Positions 32,410-35,478 of a stretch of 35,478 nt of DNA are shown here, in pieces (positions within the stretch are counted from its first letter, which is position 1; every line of letters starts with the position of its first letter). The translations under genes and the position numbers were made by a program. The notes under the pieces are model-generated. The model made no database searches, had not been told where the DNA came from, and was given only the letters and a program-made list of their open reading frames with translations. This stretch comes from Chrysiogenales bacterium (lineage in GTDB: Bacteria; Acidobacteriota; Aminicenantia; UBA2199). The stretch covers positions 1 to 35,478 of the forward strand of contig SPCN01000001.1 in NCBI GenBank assembly GCA_004525465.1, in the 5' to 3' direction.

Positions 32410-32962
32410 GGTATTCCTCCAAGGTGTTCAAATTCTTGAGCCATTTTTGCCCGTCAATGGGCACGAAGCCGGTGCGGCAGGTCCGGAACAGGGACGATAT
32501 CCTCAGGTCCCCGGTACTGATCTGTCTTTCGATGGCCGCGATGATGCTGCGGTGATAAAAGGCAAAAAGCGGTTCGAATTTTCCGTCTTGATAACGCGGG
32601 ACCACGATCTCATGTCGCGGCGACCGGGCCAGGATCATTTGCACGAATGGAATATGGATGACGGGAATGTCGCAGGCCAGGATGAAATTGCCGGCCTGGG
32701 GCGAGGCGCGCAGTGCCGACAGAATGGCCAGCAGCGGTCCCTGGCCCGGCGCTTCGTCCACAATGACCGGCAGTTCCAGGAAAGCGAATTTGTCCTTGTT
32801 CCCGGCGCTGATCATAATGCTGTCGAAAATGGGGCGGAGCTGGGTGATGATCGTTTCGATCAAAGGCCGGCCGCTGCTATCCAGGAGCAGGGACTTTTCC
32901 CGGCGCATGCGCCGGCTGCGCCCCCCGGCCAGGACGATGGCCGCGACCGCATCGGGATTCAT
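32372..32962 (-). CDS. mobA: Molybdenum cofactor guanylyltransferase MobA
   Basis: AIVLAGGRSRRMRREKSLL ... VDEAPGQGPLLAILSAL ... LACDIP. Confidence 0.85.
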   Translation of the reverse strand: MNPDAVAAIVLAGGRSRRMRREKSLLLDSSGRPLIETIITQLRPIFDSIMISAGNKDKFAFLELPVIVDEAPGQGPLLAILSALRASPQAGNFILACDIPVIHIPFVQMILARSPRHEIVVPRYQDGKFEPLFAFYHRSIIAAIERQISTGDLRISSLFRTCRTGFVPIDGQKWLKNLNTLEEYHAYLQNEKKSDS

Positions 32963-32977
32963 GGAATCTCGAAAACC

Positions 32978-33376
32978 TCAGGAACCTGGCTGGATTTTGT
33001 CTTTGCTGATGAAGCCTTCTTCCAAACCGTCCGACTTTTTCTTTAAAAAAGTGACCAGGAATTTTCGCTGCTGCTGGTCCAGGGTATTGAACCTGGCACC
33101 GACGGAAAAGAGCAGGCCTGGCGCCAGGGCGGAATACTTTTGTGGGTCAAAAGCGGCGACTTCGGCGCGGCTGATCTCGATTTCGAAATCCTGCTGGCTG
33201 CCGTCGGAGTTGGGGATCAGGTATATCTTGTACGTCGAGCCGATGACCGGCTGAAAATTGCAGATCAGGTTGACGCCGTCGATGCTGATGTTGTTGACCA
33301 GGAAGCTGACTACGTTGTACAGCTTGCCTTTCATTTCCTGCAGAACGTCGTAGCGGGTGTTTTTTCTTTTTTCCAT
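32978..33376 (-). CDS. PilZ-domain (c-di-GMP receptor type) protein
   Basis: I use the internal ATG at 33376 (AAGGTAAGGTG upstream) rather than the track start at 33538. EKRKNTRYD gives RxxxR and VNNISIDGV gives (D/N)xSxxG. The stop is 15 nt before the mobA start. Confidence 0.7.
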   Translation of the reverse strand: MEKRKNTRYDVLQEMKGKLYNVVSFLVNNISIDGVNLICNFQPVIGSTYKIYLIPNSDGSQQDFEIEISRAEVAAFDPQKYSALAPGLLFSVGARFNTLDQQQRKFLVTFLKKKSDGLEEGFISKDKIQPGS

Positions 33377-33488
33377 GCTGCACCTTACCTTGAAGTGATC
33401 AATCATATTACCACAAAAAATATTTTTAGCAACTGTCGGGCGCGGCAATTTTTCAGGTCCAGGCCCGGGAGGCGGCTGCCATGCGAAA

Positions 33489-33517
33489 TTGTCAGCCGGC
33501 TGCTTTGCTGATATACT
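33489..33517 (+). promoter_or_regulatory. Candidate sigma70 promoter of the tri-domain gene
   Basis: TTGTCA (33489-33494), 17 nt, TATACT (33512-33517), 23 nt upstream of the ATG. Confidence 0.4.
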
Positions 33518-33540
33518 GATACAGCCAGGGGAAAACAAAC

Positions 33541-35478
33541 ATGAAGAACCGCGATCTGTCGTTTTTGCAATCCAAGCCCAAGTTCACAGAGCTTGACGCG
33601 GCCGCCATTGTAAAAAATGTGTATGCGCTGCCGGCAATGGCCCAACCTCTTCCCAGCGAGCGTGACCAGAATTTTTTAATGAGCGCTGCGACCGGCGAGC
33701 GCTATATTCTGAAAATTGCCAACGCCAAAGAAGATCGGATCCAGTTGGAAACCCAGAATCAGGCCATGTGCCATTTAAAAAATCATTTGTCTTTTTGTCC
33801 GCAGGTCGTAGCCGCGAAAAACGGTGAGTTTATCAGCGAAATCACTTCCCCGGCCCGGGACAAGCATTTTTTGCGACTTGTTTCTTACTTGCCGGGCCGA
33901 CCGCTGGCCAATGTCAAAAGGCATAGCCCCGGCCTTTTGAGCGATCTGGGCCGCTGTATGGGTGAGATCGACAAGGGCCTGGCTGATTTCGATGCTGCCG
34001 GCGCCCACCGGGATTTTTACTGGGACCTGGCCCAGGCCCCAGCTGGCATTGAAAAATATCTTCCGCTTATAGAAGATCCCCTGCTCAAAAAGCTGATCGA
34101 AGCAGGCAGTGCCGATTTCAACCGCCAGGTCGGCCCCTTGTTGCCGGATTTGCGCCGCAGTGTGATTCTAAATGATGCCAATAATTACAATGTCCTGGTC
34201 GGCGGCGGCGGCGACCTTTTTACAAAAGACCAGCAGGTGGTCGGCATAATCGATTTCGGCGACCTGGTCTACAGTTACACGGTCGGCGATCTTGCCGTGG
34301 CCATGGCTTACGCTGTCCTTGATAAGCCCGATCCGCTCGCCGTGGCCGCTCAAATTGCCGCCGCTTATCACGCCGTCTTTCCCCTTGAAGAATCGGAAAT
34401 GGCCGTTCTTTTCGACCTGGCGCGCCTGCGCCTGTGCCTGAGCGCCTGCCTGGCCGTTAAGCAGCAAAGCCAGCGGCCAAAGGATGAATACCTGTCCATC
34501 AGCCAGCAATCGATCCGCCGCTCCTTGCCGCAATTGTTTCGCATCCAGCGGCGTTTTGCCGAAGCCAGGATCCGCCAGGCCTGCGGTTTGCCCCCTTTGC
34601 CAAAGGCCGCTGCGATCAGGGAGTGGCTGCGAAAAAATAGAAAAAACATGGCGGCGGTCTGCGGCCATGATCTACGTCATGAACCGCTTTTGATCTTTGA
34701 TTTGGGCATCGCCAGTCACCATTTGGCTGGAGATTGCGAGAACAACCTTGAGCCCGATCTCAGCAAGCGGCTCCGGGCTGCCATGGACCAGGCCGGGGTG
34801 AAGATCGGCATCGGCCGCTACAACGAAGCCCGTCTGCTTTATACGTCGCCTTTGTTTGCCGGGAACGATCTCTTTGCCGAAAACAATCGCACCGTGCATT
34901 TGGGCATGGATGTATTCATGGCTGCCGGGTCAGCGGTTTGCGCCCCGCTGAGCGGCGAAGTGTTTGCCTGCGCCCGCAATCAGGCGCCTCTGGATTACGG
35001 GCCGGTGATCGTCCTGCGCCATCAAACCGGAGCCGGCGAGCCTTTCTTTACGCTGTACGGCCATCTGAGTCTTGATTCGCTGGCAGGGTTGCAGACGGGA
35101 CAGTTGGTGAAAAAAGGGCAGATCATCGGCAGGATCGGCAATGCCGATGTCAACGGCGGCTGGACGCCCCACCTGCATTTTCAGATTATACTGGATTTGC
35201 TGGAAATGGGCGGCGATTTTCCCGGGGTGGCCGCCGCCGCTGATCGGGAATTGTGGGGCGCGTTTTCTCCCGATCCGAACCTGATCCTGGCTGTTCCGGA
35301 AAAGCTGTTCCCGGATCCTGAACCGACCAGGGTCGAGACCCTGGCTTCGCGGCGGATGTCCATCGGCGCCAGCGTGAGCCTCAGTTACCGGGAACCGCTC
35401 AAACTGGTCCGCGGCTGGATGCAATACCTTTTTGATGAAAACGGACGCCGCTACCTGGACGCCTACAACAACGTCCCC
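33541..35478 (+). CDS. Tri-domain protein: APH/choline-kinase-like phosphotransferase + M23 (LytM) domain + class-III aminotransferase (only the first residues in window), 3-prime partial
   Basis: Not in the ORF track (no stop in the window). My translation from the ATG at 33541 is open for 646 codons. Kinase-like: VILNDANNYNVLV and GIIDFGD. M23: VHLGMD (HxxxD), LYGHL and TPHLHFQI (HxH). Aminotransferase start: EPLKLVRGWMQYLFDENGRRYLDAYNNVP. Confidence 0.8.
   Translation, partial: MKNRDLSFLQSKPKFTELDAAAIVKNVYALPAMAQPLPSERDQNFLMSAATGERYILKIANAKEDRIQLETQNQAMCHLKNHLSFCPQVVAAKNGEFISEITSPARDKHFLRLVSYLPGRPLANVKRHSPGLLSDLGRCMGEIDKGLADFDAAGAHRDFYWDLAQAPAGIEKYLPLIEDPLLKKLIEAGSADFNRQVGPLLPDLRRSVILNDANNYNVLVGGGGDLFTKDQQVVGIIDFGDLVYSYTVGDLAVAMAYAVLDKPDPLAVAAQIAAAYHAVFPLEESEMAVLFDLARLRLCLSACLAVKQQSQRPKDEYLSISQQSIRRSLPQLFRIQRRFAEARIRQACGLPPLPKAAAIREWLRKNRKNMAAVCGHDLRHEPLLIFDLGIASHHLAGDCENNLEPDLSKRLRAAMDQAGVKIGIGRYNEARLLYTSPLFAGNDLFAENNRTVHLGMDVFMAAGSAVCAPLSGEVFACARNQAPLDYGPVIVLRHQTGAGEPFFTLYGHLSLDSLAGLQTGQLVKKGQIIGRIGNADVNGGWTPHLHFQIILDLLEMGGDFPGVAAAADRELWGAFSPDPNLILAVPEKLFPDPEPTRVETLASRRMSIGASVSLSYREPLKLVRGWMQYLFDENGRRYLDAYNNVP

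Noticed and set aside
33775-35424. Minus-strand ORFs 33775-34008, 34168-34668, 34672-34899 and 34930-35424
   Set aside because: They are antisense to the open plus-strand frame that carries APH and M23 motifs, and their composition is typical of shadow ORFs.

Overview
35.5-kb bacterial chromosomal window. The backbone is high-GC (hand counts of single 60-nt lines: 42/60 at 16501, 49/60 at 25501). It is interrupted by a ~7.3-kb low-GC block (23/60 at 18301, 21/60 at 20461). I can support 34 CDS. Two of them run off the window ends and are therefore missing from the ORF track; I translated those by hand. I found no rRNA, tRNA, CRISPR array, transposase or integrase. Layout, left to right: (i) a minus-strand secreted-peptidase operon: M1 peptidase, polytopic membrane protein, HEXXH gluzincin. 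(ii) Minus-strand genes for a desulforedoxin::ferritin-like fusion, a DRTGG protein and a CBS-pair::GHKL-ATPase protein. (iii) Divergent from (ii), a tightly coupled ~10-kb plus-strand operon: DRTGG, NuoE-like, Cys-free HndB/HydD-like, a 1024-aa NuoF::GltD/NfnB-like fusion, a second NuoE-like, a second NuoF-like with a cluster-less N-domain, a Cys-type Mo/W formate dehydrogenase catalytic subunit, and a FocA-type channel. (iv) A low-GC island: TetR, HlyD adaptor, ABC ATPase, TolC-like, ABC ATPase, two ABC-2 permeases (a YbhGFSR-like exporter). (v) Enolase, MFS transporter, B3/4-domain protein, membrane protein, Tat-signal TIGR04076-like protein, pirin, Sm-like protein, GIY-YIG protein. (vi) A minus-strand PilZ - mobA - fdhD - ferritin-like operon. 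(vii) The 5-prime part of an APH-kinase::M23::class-III-aminotransferase gene. Most worth a second look: the formate dehydrogenase operon with two complete NuoE/NuoF flavin modules (one fused to an NADPH-type GltD module), which is a candidate multi-nucleotide or electron-bifurcating FDH; the uncharacterised DRTGG/CBS-ATPase gene set around its promoter; a family of heptanucleotide-periodic intergenic repeats, two of which form long interrupted hairpins; and the compositionally foreign efflux island. All functional calls rest on motif recognition by eye. No database search was run.
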